A stretch of DNA of 64,000 nt from Candidatus Moraniibacteriota bacterium (GCA_029865125.1 JAOUHN010000001.1:1360-65359), one strand, 5' to 3'. Shown: positions 10,428 to 20,610, counted from the stretch's first letter. The notes: a model not told the origin generated them from the letters alone. Made by a program: numbers and translations.

Positions 10428-10769
10428 CTACTTCAAGCTTTCCAATATCTTAAAAATTACCCCGTCTAAATTATTATTTATTTCGTTATTCCAAAATCTC
10501 AAAACTTTTAAACCTTTTCTCTGCAAATACTCAGTTCTTTCAGTATCATAATTCTGATGCAAATCTTTTTTATGTTGACAGCCATCAATTTCAATAACCA
10601 AACCCTTCTCTTTGCAATAAAAATCTACAATATATTTCCCAAATGAATGCTGTCTCCGAAATTTATATCCTAATTGCTTTCTTTTCAATCTTGACCATAA
10701 AACTATTTCTTGGGGAGTAGAATTGTTTCTTAGTTTTTTTCTCAATTGTTTAGCCTTGCAATTATTCAT
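10428..10769 (-). CDS. DUF559 / Vsr-like endonuclease-domain protein
   Basis: 113 aa: ...LWSRLKRKQLGYKFRRQHSFGKYIVDFYCKEKGLVIEIDGCQHKK...RTEYLQRKGLKVLRFWNNEI matches the DUF559 pattern. Flanked by GC-rich hairpins. Confidence 0.75.
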   Translation of the reverse strand: MNNCKAKQLRKKLRNNSTPQEIVLWSRLKRKQLGYKFRRQHSFGKYIVDFYCKEKGLVIEIDGCQHKKDLHQNYDTERTEYLQRKGLKVLRFWNNEINNNLDGVIFKILESLK

Positions 10770-10869
10770 AAGTTTCTAACCCCTCCCTAACCCTCCCCTT
10801 CAAAGGGGAGGGGAATAAAAAACACATCTAACACAAAATTACTATAGCTACCGAACTAATTAACTAATT

Positions 10870-11253
10870 TTATCTTCTAGCATCCATTATCAAAAAGTCT
10901 GCAAAATCAAATGTAATTACTGCTACCCAAAAAATAAGGATGGCGGACCGAAAAACAAAAACATTTCCAATCATTAAAACAAGTAAAATATCTAGGATTA
11001 CAAATAACATTCCCACCACTAGCATAGAAAAAAATGTTGTGATATGTCCCCAAACTAGTGACTTTTGATCTTCTGAGTTCTTATAGCTATAGATAAAATT
11101 AGAAGTAATAGGAGCAATCACAATCAAGCCAACAAAAAGCAATAGTGTGTCCAGCTTATCCGTCGGCATCTTAATAATCTCATTTAAAGCAACAAAATAA
11201 AATGGAACCAAAAAAATATGGATTAATACATTTTTAATTATCAATAATTTCAT
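10870..11253 (-). CDS. Small integral membrane protein (four TM helices), unknown function
   Basis: 127 aa, very hydrophobic. Confidence 0.5.
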   Translation of the reverse strand: MKLLIIKNVLIHIFLVPFYFVALNEIIKMPTDKLDTLLLFVGLIVIAPITSNFIYSYKNSEDQKSLVWGHITTFFSMLVVGMLFVILDILLVLMIGNVFVFRSAILIFWVAVITFDFADFLIMDARR

Positions 11254-11313
11254 TGAGTTTTAATTTTATTAATTAATCAATAACTTAACAATACAATAAA
11301 TTGAAAATTCTTG

Positions 11314-12312
11314 CTAATTCTTCACTTCTTCCATTCGAATGTTGGCTACTCCTGCGCCAATTGAGGCGATTTTACTGAAAGCTAACTTGTCGAGATCAAT
11401 GATTCTGTCCGGAACGAATGGTCCACGATCATTGATGACAGCCACGATTGCTTTTCCATTATCTTTGTTTGTCACTCGAACGTAACTTCCTTTTGGAAGC
11501 CACGGGTTGGCTGCATAATATCCTGTAATTGAAGGATATTGATTTTTCAAGTGTTGTGGCTGGGCATACCAAGAAGCAAGGCCTGTGTGTTGTTTTCCGG
11601 TTTTGACATATGTTCCTTGAACCACTTCTTCCTTTTTTGGCTCCTTGATAACCTCGCTTCCCAAAAGCTTTCTGGAAATCTCCTTTCCATCATGATACAC
11701 AACACTATATTTCATTTCCGTCACCCCTTTCTCGCCCTTTTCTTTCACCACCTCTTTTCTCCAACTCATCTCCTCATCTTTTTTCACGATTTTTTCAAAA
11801 TCAATTTCTTTTTTGACAACCTCTTCCACTCTTTCCACCCTGGTCACCTTCACCTCCAATTCATCATAGGCAAAGGACTCTCTTGGCTCTGACAAAATGT
11901 CAAATTCGTCTAATTCCACTCTCGCACCCAAAACAGCACTTTCAACTGTATTTTCGAAAGTGAAGTCCTCAATCTCATTTCCATCTACCAAGATTTTAAT
12001 TTTTTTAGCTCTTTCAACAATCACTTTTGAGCCAGAAAATATTTTTGATTCTGATTGCGGATACACTCTGTCAATTTCTTCAAGTTTAACATTTTGTTCA
12101 ATCAAAAACTGTTCTACATTTTTTGCACTGGAAAGAACCATACTTTCAATTCCTCCATCACTAAAAATAACTTTCCTTTCTGTCGCACTCAAATCCAACT
12201 CTCTTGTATGAAAAAAAATATTTTTCACGACAAAAAAGCAAGTTATCAAAAAGATAATTCGCCCAAAATAATTTTTCTTTTTTGTTTTTTTATTTCTAAA
12301 ATCTCTTCGCAT
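11314..12312 (-). CDS. Membrane-anchored RlpA-like double-psi beta-barrel (3D-domain-type) cell-wall protein
   Basis: C-terminus TGLASWYAQP...TGYYAANPWLPKGSYVRVTNKDNGKAIVAVINDRGPFVPDRIIDLDKLAFSKI fits the RlpA/DPBB signature. N-terminal TM helix. Confidence 0.7.
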   Translation of the reverse strand: MRRDFRNKKTKKKNYFGRIIFLITCFFVVKNIFFHTRELDLSATERKVIFSDGGIESMVLSSAKNVEQFLIEQNVKLEEIDRVYPQSESKIFSGSKVIVERAKKIKILVDGNEIEDFTFENTVESAVLGARVELDEFDILSEPRESFAYDELEVKVTRVERVEEVVKKEIDFEKIVKKDEEMSWRKEVVKEKGEKGVTEMKYSVVYHDGKEISRKLLGSEVIKEPKKEEVVQGTYVKTGKQHTGLASWYAQPQHLKNQYPSITGYYAANPWLPKGSYVRVTNKDNGKAIVAVINDRGPFVPDRIIDLDKLAFSKIASIGAGVANIRMEEVKN

Positions 12313-12682
12313 AAGCTCTCTGCCTCTATTCTATCACCAAATTCAATATCATTCTACCTTTTCAACCATCCACATCACATTAATACTCATTTTTTTCAAA
12401 AGAAACTCATACGAAATGGAAACAAGGCAAAAATACTCGAAATGACCGCTGCTTTGTGTTTGAGATTGTGTTTTTTGTGATGAGTTATTTCATTGCAACT
12501 CAAAACATTCATCAATTCATCTTCAAATTGAGCAAAAAATATTCCTTTTCCAAACAAAATCACAATCGTCCACATTGAAAAAGAATTTTTCAAAATATGT
12601 CAAAAAAACGCCTAGGACGAGCATGCACTTCATCAATGTGTGTTTATATATCTCATGTATAGTTTTTTCCGTACAGCTCAGT

Positions 12683-14233
12683 TTATTCACTTTTAAAACG
12701 ATATTGAATAGACTCTGCAATGTGATTATCTCCAATTTCTTGTGATCCATCCAGATCAGCAATTGTTCTGGCCACTTTGATGAGTCGGAAATATGACCTG
12801 GCGCTGAGTCCCAATGAGGCTATGGCGTTTCGAAGAAGCATCTTACTGCTTTCCTTGAGAGGACAAAATTTCTTTATTTGATGAGAATTCATTTCACTGT
12901 TTGTGATGATATTTTCATTTTCAAATCTTTTCTCCTGGATTTTTCTGGCTAACTCCACTCTCCTCTGGATATCTTTGCTCGATTCACTAAGGCTTTCACT
13001 TTCCAACTTATCAATTTTAACTCTTGGAACCTCAATTTGAAGATCGATTCGGTCCATAATGGGTCCAGAAATTTTTCTTTGATATCTCGCAATTTGCGAA
13101 GGAGAACAAGAACACATTTTTTCCGGATCAGTTGCATTCCCACATGGACACGGATTCATTGCAGCCACCAAAGTGAATCTTGCTGGAAACTCCAAGGTTC
13201 CTTTTGCGCGAGAAACAGTGATAAGTCCGTCCTCCAATGGTTGTCTCAAGCTTTCCAAAACAACTCTTGAATATTCCGCAAACTCATCCAAAAACAAAAC
13301 TCCTCTGTGTGCCAAGCTTATTTCTCCTGGCTTAGGATAACTTCCTCCTCCAACCAAAGAAACTGCACTGGCACTGTGATGTGGCGCTCGAAACGGTCGA
13401 CTACTTACCAATGAAACACCTTTGGAGAGATTACCTGAAATGGAAAATATTTTTGTCACTTCCAGTGATTCTCCAAGTGTTAATCTCGGAAGAATTGTCG
13501 GCATCGTCTTTGCAAGCATGCTCTTTCCTGACCCAGGAGGACCGTTTAAAATGATATTGTGTCCACCAGAAGCTGCGATCTCCAAGGCTCTCTTCACATG
13601 TTCTTGTCCTCTCACGTGCGACATGTCAAAACCTCCTTTGACTTCTTCTGTGAAAAATTCCTTATTTTCATTTTCAAACGGAGTAATTTTTCTTTCTCCC
13701 ACAAAATGCTCCACCAACTCACTCAAGGTGCTGACAGGAAAAACCTGCACATCTCCAACAACACCAGCTTCAGGAGCGTTGTCATGCGGGACATAGATTT
13801 CTTCAAACCCCAACTTTTTTGCCATCAAGGCAATGGGTAACACTCCTTGAATTGAACGAACCTTTCCATCCAAAGAAAGTTCCCCGATAAAAATTCTTTT
13901 TTCAAAAGAAAAATCAATTTGATTCGTAGCCAAAAGAAATCCGAGTGCAACAGGAATGTCATAGATAGGACTATTTTTTGGCAAATCTGCCGGAGCAAGA
14001 TTGACAGTTACTCTTCCGCATTGATGTGGTGGCTTGAATCCACTATTCTTAATAGCACTACTCACTCTATCTCGAGATTCTTTGATTGACGTGTCTGCAA
14101 GTCCCACAATAGTGAAAGCATGAAGTCCACTTCCCAAAATGTCCACTTCAACTTCAACTACCTCACTATCCAGCCCAACAGTAGCTGCAGAAAATATTTT
14201 AGACGGCATATTAATTTGCTCACAAAAACCCAC
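12683..14233 (-). CDS. comM: Mg-chelatase-like AAA+ ATPase, YifB/ComM family
   Basis: Walker A ILNGPPGSGKSMLAK, Walker B LFLDEFAE, and an N-terminal Lon-like domain. 516 aa. Confidence 0.9.
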   Translation of the reverse strand: MGFCEQINMPSKIFSAATVGLDSEVVEVEVDILGSGLHAFTIVGLADTSIKESRDRVSSAIKNSGFKPPHQCGRVTVNLAPADLPKNSPIYDIPVALGFLLATNQIDFSFEKRIFIGELSLDGKVRSIQGVLPIALMAKKLGFEEIYVPHDNAPEAGVVGDVQVFPVSTLSELVEHFVGERKITPFENENKEFFTEEVKGGFDMSHVRGQEHVKRALEIAASGGHNIILNGPPGSGKSMLAKTMPTILPRLTLGESLEVTKIFSISGNLSKGVSLVSSRPFRAPHHSASAVSLVGGGSYPKPGEISLAHRGVLFLDEFAEYSRVVLESLRQPLEDGLITVSRAKGTLEFPARFTLVAAMNPCPCGNATDPEKMCSCSPSQIARYQRKISGPIMDRIDLQIEVPRVKIDKLESESLSESSKDIQRRVELARKIQEKRFENENIITNSEMNSHQIKKFCPLKESSKMLLRNAIASLGLSARSYFRLIKVARTIADLDGSQEIGDNHIAESIQYRFKSE

Positions 14234-14316
14234 ATCTCACTTTGCAATCAGTTGCAGGAATTCATTCTGATAATTTAACTTTACTTAGAAAACTATGAGC
14301 ATCTAATGCCTCTTTT

Positions 14317-14829
14317 TCACTTTTTTAATTTACTAATCCCCAATATCATCATTATAGCACCAAAGGAAATAAAAACATCTGCGATATTGAAAACAGGAAA
14401 TGATCCTATGCTAACAAAATCAGTGACACATCCAAAAGCAATTCTATCCGTCAAATTGGAAATACCTCCCCCTAAAAGAAAATAGAAATATTTGTTTTCA
14501 CACCAATCTACTCCAATCAATCCCCACAAAACAACCTTATTCTTTTTCTCTTCTAAAAATTTATACTTACTCTCATCTTGAATTCCTTTTTCTTTTGACT
14601 TTTGACTTTCGACTTTCGACTCATGCCCACAGGTACCAAAAAAGCAGCATCCCACAAAAATGACAAACAATACCCACAAAATGACAAACATCAAAGCGGG
14701 CAATTGAATTCCAAAAGCGATCCCTTCATTGCAAATATAAAATCCGCCCGTAGAGCGGATAATATATTTTGAAATCTGATCAATCAATAACACAAAACAA
14801 ACAATGGTCAATTTTTCAATTCTTCCCAT
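14317..14829 (-). CDS. lspA: Lipoprotein signal peptidase II (LspA) with a roughly 40-aa hydrophilic insertion
   Basis: Motifs GIAFG and FPVFNIADVFISFGAIMMILG (SPase II boxes). Insertion CGHESKVESQKSKEKGIQDESKYKFLEEKKNK. 170 aa. Confidence 0.75.
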   Translation of the reverse strand: MGRIEKLTIVCFVLLIDQISKYIIRSTGGFYICNEGIAFGIQLPALMFVILWVLFVIFVGCCFFGTCGHESKVESQKSKEKGIQDESKYKFLEEKKNKVVLWGLIGVDWCENKYFYFLLGGGISNLTDRIAFGCVTDFVSIGSFPVFNIADVFISFGAIMMILGISKLKK

Positions 14830-14846
14830 TTTGTTTATTGAAAAAA

Positions 14847-15200
14847 TTATTGATTACATTTCATGCATTTTTTCGCAGCAGGATAAATCTCCAATCTTTC
14901 TCTTCGAATAGCTTCGCCACACTCTTCACAAGCACCAAAGGTTCCGTTTTCAATTTTCTCCAAAGCACTTTTGATGTCTTTCAGTCTTTGTTCCAAACTA
15001 CTCTCCACTGAAATATTATCAACATATTCCTCAACCTCAGTTGCACTTTCATCTTTGTGTGTTCCCAACTCATCATGTCTAGTCTTAAAGTCATCTGAGT
15101 TTTCTGAAGGATTCGCAAATTTGCTCAATTCACTTCTCAGCTTGTCTCTTTCTTCTTCTAACATTTTTTTGAATTTTTCTTGCTCCTTTTCATCGAACAT
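14847..15200 (-). CDS. DksA/TraR-family C4 zinc-finger protein
   Basis: CEECGEAIRRERLEIYPAAKKCMKC four-Cys finger at the C-terminus with a coiled-coil N-terminus. 117 aa. Confidence 0.75.
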   Translation of the reverse strand: MFDEKEQEKFKKMLEEERDKLRSELSKFANPSENSDDFKTRHDELGTHKDESATEVEEYVDNISVESSLEQRLKDIKSALEKIENGTFGACEECGEAIRRERLEIYPAAKKCMKCNQ

Positions 15201-15295
15201 ATTTTTTGATTTTATTTCTTATTTAAATTTGCGGTTCACTAAAATTATTCAATTTCCGCTCACATTATTATAATATCAATAAAAAAAATTAATGT

Positions 15296-15681
15296 CTACT
15301 CGATAAAAATGCTTTCCAGGTGCTTTATTTTTTCACACCTTCGCTCTTCATCTAACCACACTGAAACTGCATCAAATCGATAATCACTTTCTGTCAGTTT
15401 ATTTTTCCTCAAATAAAAATTAGCAATTTTTTCCAGCTTGTGCAATTTCCTTCTGTCAATATTTTCTTCAGGAACAACCACTTCCCCAGGACGAACCATT
15501 CTTGTTTTCACCTCCACAAAAACAATACTATTTCCATCTTTGGCGATCACATCAATTTCTCCCAACCTTCTTCCTTGAGTATTTGAAAAATTAAACTCAA
15601 GAATCCTATAGCCTTTTTTCTTGAGATGTTTGGCCGCCAATTTCTCACCTAATTCTCCCGGACTATTTTCTTTTTTTCTCC
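15296..15681 (-). CDS. yraN: YraN-family (UPF0102) endonuclease
   Basis: GELGEKLAAKHLKKKGYRILEFNFS...GEIDVIAKDGNSIVFVEVKTR. The likely start is the internal Met (MIFWRK) at 15681; the ORF-track ORF extends to 15739. Confidence 0.75.
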
Positions 15682-15789
15682 AAAAAATCATAATTTTGGC
15701 GCATAATATAAAACATGAAACACTTCCTTGCAACTCCAACTACACTTCCTAATTTACTAATCAACTATTTCACTAATTAACTAAAATAA

Positions 15790-15815
15790 AAAAACACCCT
15801 TTCGGGAGTCCACTT
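15790..15815 (-). terminator. Minus-strand rho-independent terminator (CTCCC-GAAA-GGGTG plus T7)
   Basis: Read on the reverse strand: hairpin followed by TTTTTTT. It terminates a leftward transcript just upstream of the yraN promoter region. Confidence 0.5.
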
Positions 15816-16159
15816 TCCTCTTTTTCAAAAAATCTTTTCTTCAATGACCCGGTTCAAATGAGGTATTGAAACCGGGCGCGAGGCCCAATATATTAAAAAT
15901 GTGGCTGCGCCCGGGATTTCACATGTACTAACGTGAAAGCCGGAAACTTTTTAGCCTGGGTGAAGAGGCATCGAAAGTTATGAGCCACACGTACTTTATG
16001 TACATGTCTTTATTTGTCACTTGCCCTAGCTTGCAAATGATATCTTTTACTGTCTTAAGGTTTATTACCTTTTTTAAAGAACTTATTTTTTTGTTTTTCT
16101 TTTTGTTTTTTTTCTTTTTCTTTTTCTTTTTTATTTTTGTTTTTGTTTTTTTAGTTCCC

Positions 16160-16332
16160 TGACTAGGATCAGGGAGGTCTTAGCTAACATGCTAGCCTCT
16201 TTGTCACCGAAGTGACAAAAAGTTCAGCTAACACTATCTGCTAAGACCAGAAAAACAGTAAAAGATCTTTCAACCACAATTAGGGGGTAGTTGTGGCTGA
16301 AAAAACTTGCACCGTTTATGGTGTTTTTTCAA
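16160..16332 (+). ncRNA. Candidate structured sRNA ending in a terminator (nested helices)
   Basis: CCCTGA-ctag-GATCAGGG hairpin; long-range GGTCTTAGC...GCTAAGACC enclosing GTCAC-cgaa-GTGAC; CCACAA-N-GTTGTGG hairpin; terminal CACCGTTTATGGTG plus T6. No protein-coding potential. Class unknown; RNase P, tmRNA and SRP signature motifs were not found. Confidence 0.35.
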
Positions 16333-16583
16333 TTATCCGTGAATTTAATCCACAGGATTTTTATTTAGTTTTCAATGTTCTGCCCTCTCTCAACCTCACA
16401 ATACAATTATAACAAAAAAATGGGTCTTGGTCAACACTGAAATACCTGCAGTCCTTTATTTAAGCCATTTTTGACAACTTATAAAAACTTTGTCATTTTT
16501 CAGAAAACAGCATTTTTTTGTCATTACTTTGCCTTATTTGCGCCTTCATGTCAATTTTTCTCCCCAGCTTATCCACAGAAAAA

Positions 16584-18152
16584 CTATTGATTCATATTCA
16601 TTTCTGCATTCATATTTTCATCCTCATCACTTTGCGTTGTATCAATGTTATCATTTGGCATTATTGTTTCATTCTCCACTTCAATAACAGGACTATCTAA
16701 AATAACAGGACTATCTAACATCCTATCAATAATCGCTCGCATGGAATTTTTGCTTGTTGCAATTACCAAATATCCGTTCATGAATGAATAATCAACAGAC
16801 AAAGCATTGTTCGTATCGATATTAAAATATCTGATATTCATTCCTCTATATTCACTATCAGAAAAGTTAATATTTTCTCCTGCAGAACTGAGCCCGGTAG
16901 CAAAAAACTCAGGAATCATACCAGGAATATCAGACTCTGATGCCATCAAAAGATTTTTTAGATCATTTTTATTTTCCTCTGTAACTTTCATGGAGATTGA
17001 TACTCTATCCACTCCATTGTCTCTAAATAAGAATAAGGAAAAATTATCAGTCAATTTCTCCATGGTTTGATCTGAAAAATTAAATTTTGTGATCGCAAAA
17101 AAATTGCCGAGTTTCATATCCGCATATTTGTTATCTGCCAAAACAAATTCAAATGGACCTGATTCACCAGCAGGAAATTCAGCAAATATTCTTTTTATTT
17201 CATTTCCTATGGTTTCACTCGTAGCAGCTTCAATGTCAACATTCAAATAATTTGGCATAGTAAGAGAATACTTGAATTCTTCTTTGACCACTTCTTCTTC
17301 TACTTCCTCGGTAACAGCTTCTTTTTCAACTGCAATTTCTTCAACTTCTGCACCCTTCATAAAATAGAAATAATATCCACCAAAAGCTGCTCCTCCCACA
17401 ATAATCAAAATTACAACACTCACAAAAACTTTTCTCCAACCAACTCTGGGACCTGGCTTGAATTCTTCTACTGGTTCCTGAGATGGAATGTCAACAACTT
17501 CAGCTCTCATTTCTACAGGTGCAGGAGTCGCCAATATTTCTTCTTTCTGTTCTGGCTTTACCGTTGATTGCAAATCATCACCAAAAGCCCCCACAAATCT
17601 TCCTGGTTCTTCTTTTCCAAATACACTTTTTTCTTCCACTGGAAGTTCTTCAGTAACTGACGGCTCTGGATAGGCTAAGATATCTTTCTCTGGAGAAATT
17701 TTCTCTTCTTCTGCAACTTCAACTGGCTCTAGTTTGGAAATATCTCTTGCTGATCTCATGTCCATAGATGGTGCAGGTTTTGGGCTCCACCCTGCTAATT
17801 CTGGCTCTTTTATTTCAGCTACTTCTTCGATTGGTTCTTCTTCTTTGATTTCTTGAGCAAATGGAGATTCTGCGCCAATAACTTCTTTTGTGCTCTCGAT
17901 TTCTCTTTCCAAAAATGGACTGTCTTGAGCAAGAACACCTTTGCCACCACCCATTTCTTCTGAAGTTCCTAGAGCACTCATTGAAGTTTCCGCGACTTCT
18001 CCTGAAGATATTTTTCCGCCTCCCTTAGTCACTTCCAAATCACTTTTCATGGTAAAAAATTTAACATCACTTGAATTGATTTTTTCATCTCCAGCTCCAA
18101 AAGGAGATTTGGAATCTCCTCGGGATTGTTTTATGTTTGAATTATTATCCAT
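16584..18152 (-). CDS. Hypothetical bitopic membrane protein (acidic Glu/Pro-rich N-terminal half, one TM helix, folded C-terminal domain)
   Basis: 522 aa with a TM helix VFVSVVILIIVGGAAFGGYYFYF. Internal in-frame duplication LDSPVILDSPVI arises from a 15-bp direct repeat. Confidence 0.6.
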   Translation of the reverse strand: MDNNSNIKQSRGDSKSPFGAGDEKINSSDVKFFTMKSDLEVTKGGGKISSGEVAETSMSALGTSEEMGGGKGVLAQDSPFLEREIESTKEVIGAESPFAQEIKEEEPIEEVAEIKEPELAGWSPKPAPSMDMRSARDISKLEPVEVAEEEKISPEKDILAYPEPSVTEELPVEEKSVFGKEEPGRFVGAFGDDLQSTVKPEQKEEILATPAPVEMRAEVVDIPSQEPVEEFKPGPRVGWRKVFVSVVILIIVGGAAFGGYYFYFMKGAEVEEIAVEKEAVTEEVEEEVVKEEFKYSLTMPNYLNVDIEAATSETIGNEIKRIFAEFPAGESGPFEFVLADNKYADMKLGNFFAITKFNFSDQTMEKLTDNFSLFLFRDNGVDRVSISMKVTEENKNDLKNLLMASESDIPGMIPEFFATGLSSAGENINFSDSEYRGMNIRYFNIDTNNALSVDYSFMNGYLVIATSKNSMRAIIDRMLDSPVILDSPVIEVENETIMPNDNIDTTQSDEDENMNAEMNMNQ

Positions 18153-18226
18153 GATTTTATAAATTTAAAAGCAACTTAAACAAGTTGCTTTTATTTTACA
18201 ATAATATTGATTTATTGCCAAATGAC

Positions 18227-20341
18227 TCATTCTTTTTTGGCATCTTTCATAGACAAATTTATTCTTCCTTGTCGATCAATTTCTTTCACTTTCACCGAAA
18301 CAATGTCTCCGACTTTCACCATATCTTCAACCTTCTCAACTCTCTTTTCAGAAAGCTCTGAGATGTGAATCAATCCTTCTTGTCCAGGCAGCACTTCTGC
18401 AAATGCACCAAAATTCATAATCTTTGTCACTCTCGCACTAAATGTTTCTCCGGCCTTAACTTCTCGAGTCAAGTTTTCAATCCATTCCTGCGCTTTCAGT
18501 GCAGATGTTTCATCAGGTGATGTCACAAAAACTCTTCCATCATCTTCAATATCAATTTGAACTCCGGTTTCATCAATAATCTCATTGATTACTTTTCCTC
18601 CTGGTCCAATGACATCACGAATTTTATCCGGATTAATCTTGATGATAATAATTCGAGGAGCATATGGTGACATATTTTCTCGAGGAGCAGCAATTGTTTC
18701 TTTCATTTTTTCAAGAATATGCATTCTTCCCTCACGAGATTGACTAAGTATTTTTTTGAGCATTTCAGTTGTGACTCCTGCAACTTTCACATCCATTTGA
18801 ACGGCTGTAATTCCTTTCTCACTTCCCGTTGCCTTGAAATCCATATCTCCATAATGATCTTCTAGCCCTTGGATATCGCTAAGAATTCGATAATTTTCAG
18901 GTTTCTTTTGATCAATGACAATTCCCATTGCGATTCCACTCACAGGTCTTTTGATCGGAACACCCGCGTCCAAAAGAGCCAGTGTTGAACCACAAGTTGA
19001 ACCCATTGATGAAGATCCGTTGCATGCAAGCACCTCACTAACCAACAAAATAGTATATGGAAATTCATCTTTAGAAGGAAGCACTGGAATCAACGCCTTT
19101 TCAGCAAGTGCTCCGTGTCCAATTTCTCTTCTTCCTGGACCACGCATGAATCTCACTTCTCCGACTGAGTAAGGAGGGAAATTATAGTGATGGATATATC
19201 TTTTCTTTGTATCCACTTCCATGGTATCAATGATTTGCTCATCTCCAGGGGAACCTAAAGTCGCTACTGTCATTACTTGAGTTTCTCCTCTATTGAAAAG
19301 TCCTGTTCCGTGAGTTCGTGGCAAAATCCCAACCTCACACCAAACATCTCTGATTTCTTCCATTTTTCTTCCATCAGGACGTACACCTTTTTCCAATACA
19401 TGGCTATGAACAACCTCATCAGAAGCATCTTCAAAAACTAATTCAGCAATTGCTTTGAATCTTTTCTCATTTTCAGGATATTTTTCTTCAATATGAGCAT
19501 TAATTTTTTCAGTAATAACCTTTGAAGCTTTTTTCACTTCTTTTTTATCAGCTTGATATAATGCTTTTTCCAATCCCGCAGCAAATGCAAGGTCTCTAAT
19601 TTCTTTTTCAAATTCAGGAGTTCCTTCCAAAAGTTCAACCTCCACTTTTTCTTTTCCAACTTCCTTTTGAATATCTTCAATGAAAGTGGCAATTTTTTTG
19701 ACAGCATCGTGAGCAAATTCAAAAGCCTCCAACATTTTTTCCTCTGGAACTTCTTTTGCTCCAGCTTCAATCATGTTAATACTATCTTTTGTTCCAGCCA
19801 CAATCAGATCAAGATCGCCTGATCCTGATTCTTCTTCTGATTTCACAGGATTCAAGATAAGCTCACCGTCAACCATTCCAACTTTCACAGCACCAATAGG
19901 ACCACTCCATGGAATATTTGAAATTGAAAGAGCTGTTGAAGCTGCAATCATTGAAACAATATCCGGATCACTTTCTCCATCAATAGAAAGCACGGTGATA
20001 ATCACCTGCACTTCATTTCTCATTCTATGATTAAAAAGAGGTCGGATTGTTCTATCCACCACGCGACCAGTAAGAACCGCTTCATCAGAAGGACGTCCCT
20101 CTCTTTTGATGAAACGTGAACCCTTAATTTTTCCAGCAGCATAATATCGCTCCTCGTAATCTACCATCAAAGGAAAATAATTCATTCCTTCTGAAACCTT
20201 GTCACTCATCACAGCAGTGGCCAAAACCATTGTGTCGCCATAGCGAACAGTAACTGCTCCACTAGCTTGACCAGCAAGAGCACCGGTTTCCACCTTCAAC
20301 TCTCTTCCCGCAATTTGAAGAGTCCATTGTTTCTTTTTCAT
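18227..20341 (-). CDS. pnp: Polyribonucleotide nucleotidyltransferase (PNPase)
   Basis: Two RNase PH domains, a KH domain and a C-terminal S1 domain (...GDIVSVKVKEIDRQGRINLS). The likely start is MKKKQWTL at 20341; the ORF-track ORF extends to 20413. Confidence 0.95.
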   Translation of the reverse strand: MKKKQWTLQIAGRELKVETGALAGQASGAVTVRYGDTMVLATAVMSDKVSEGMNYFPLMVDYEERYYAAGKIKGSRFIKREGRPSDEAVLTGRVVDRTIRPLFNHRMRNEVQVIITVLSIDGESDPDIVSMIAASTALSISNIPWSGPIGAVKVGMVDGELILNPVKSEEESGSGDLDLIVAGTKDSINMIEAGAKEVPEEKMLEAFEFAHDAVKKIATFIEDIQKEVGKEKVEVELLEGTPEFEKEIRDLAFAAGLEKALYQADKKEVKKASKVITEKINAHIEEKYPENEKRFKAIAELVFEDASDEVVHSHVLEKGVRPDGRKMEEIRDVWCEVGILPRTHGTGLFNRGETQVMTVATLGSPGDEQIIDTMEVDTKKRYIHHYNFPPYSVGEVRFMRGPGRREIGHGALAEKALIPVLPSKDEFPYTILLVSEVLACNGSSSMGSTCGSTLALLDAGVPIKRPVSGIAMGIVIDQKKPENYRILSDIQGLEDHYGDMDFKATGSEKGITAVQMDVKVAGVTTEMLKKILSQSREGRMHILEKMKETIAAPRENMSPYAPRIIIIKINPDKIRDVIGPGGKVINEIIDETGVQIDIEDDGRVFVTSPDETSALKAQEWIENLTREVKAGETFSARVTKIMNFGAFAEVLPGQEGLIHISELSEKRVEKVEDMVKVGDIVSVKVKEIDRQGRINLSMKDAKKE

Positions 20342-20525
20342 AAAACTTTTTTCACTTTCAGCAAGAATTTGAAACATGAAATGTAATCTAAAAAAATTTA
20401 GTTCGCATTTCAAGCTTCAATCACATCTCTCTTCGAGAGATATCAACCTTGCTGAAATAAATATTAAATACTTAACTGACTTTACTATATTTCAATTCCA
20501 ACCATTAGTCAATTAAAGATCAAAT

Positions 20526-20575
20526 GGCATAGAACATAGAGCACGTAACATACAGCACAGAACATGAAACGCGCA
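20526..20575. repeat. Heptanucleotide array, reverse orientation (GRAACAT-type units)
   Basis: AGAACAT AGAGCAC GTAACAT ACAGCAC AGAACAT GAAACGC is the reverse complement of the ATGYTHY family. Confidence 0.75.
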
Positions 20576-20576
20576 A

Positions 20577-20610
20577 CAAAAAAACAGGGTTGCGCAAACC
20601 CTGCTTTTTG
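20577..20610. terminator. Bidirectional terminator (A7-CAGGGTT-GCGCA-AACCCTG-T5)
   Basis: Sits 3' of the RRM gene on the minus strand. Confidence 0.65.

Noticed and set aside
15980-16162. 60-aa poly-Phe ORF
   Set aside because: It is the translation of the roughly 85-nt T-rich low-complexity tract, so it is not coding.
15740-16583. RNase P RNA, tmRNA or SRP RNA in the large gap
   Set aside because: I looked for the P4 strands (GGAAAGUCCGGGCUCC / ACAGAACCCGGCUUA), a tRNA-like T-arm with a CCA end and ALAA-stop tag, and the SRP GGAAGGAAGCAGC motif. Only weak partial resemblances turned up (GAAAUCCCGGGCGC), and their spacing is incompatible. The region is kept as an unclassified candidate sRNA.
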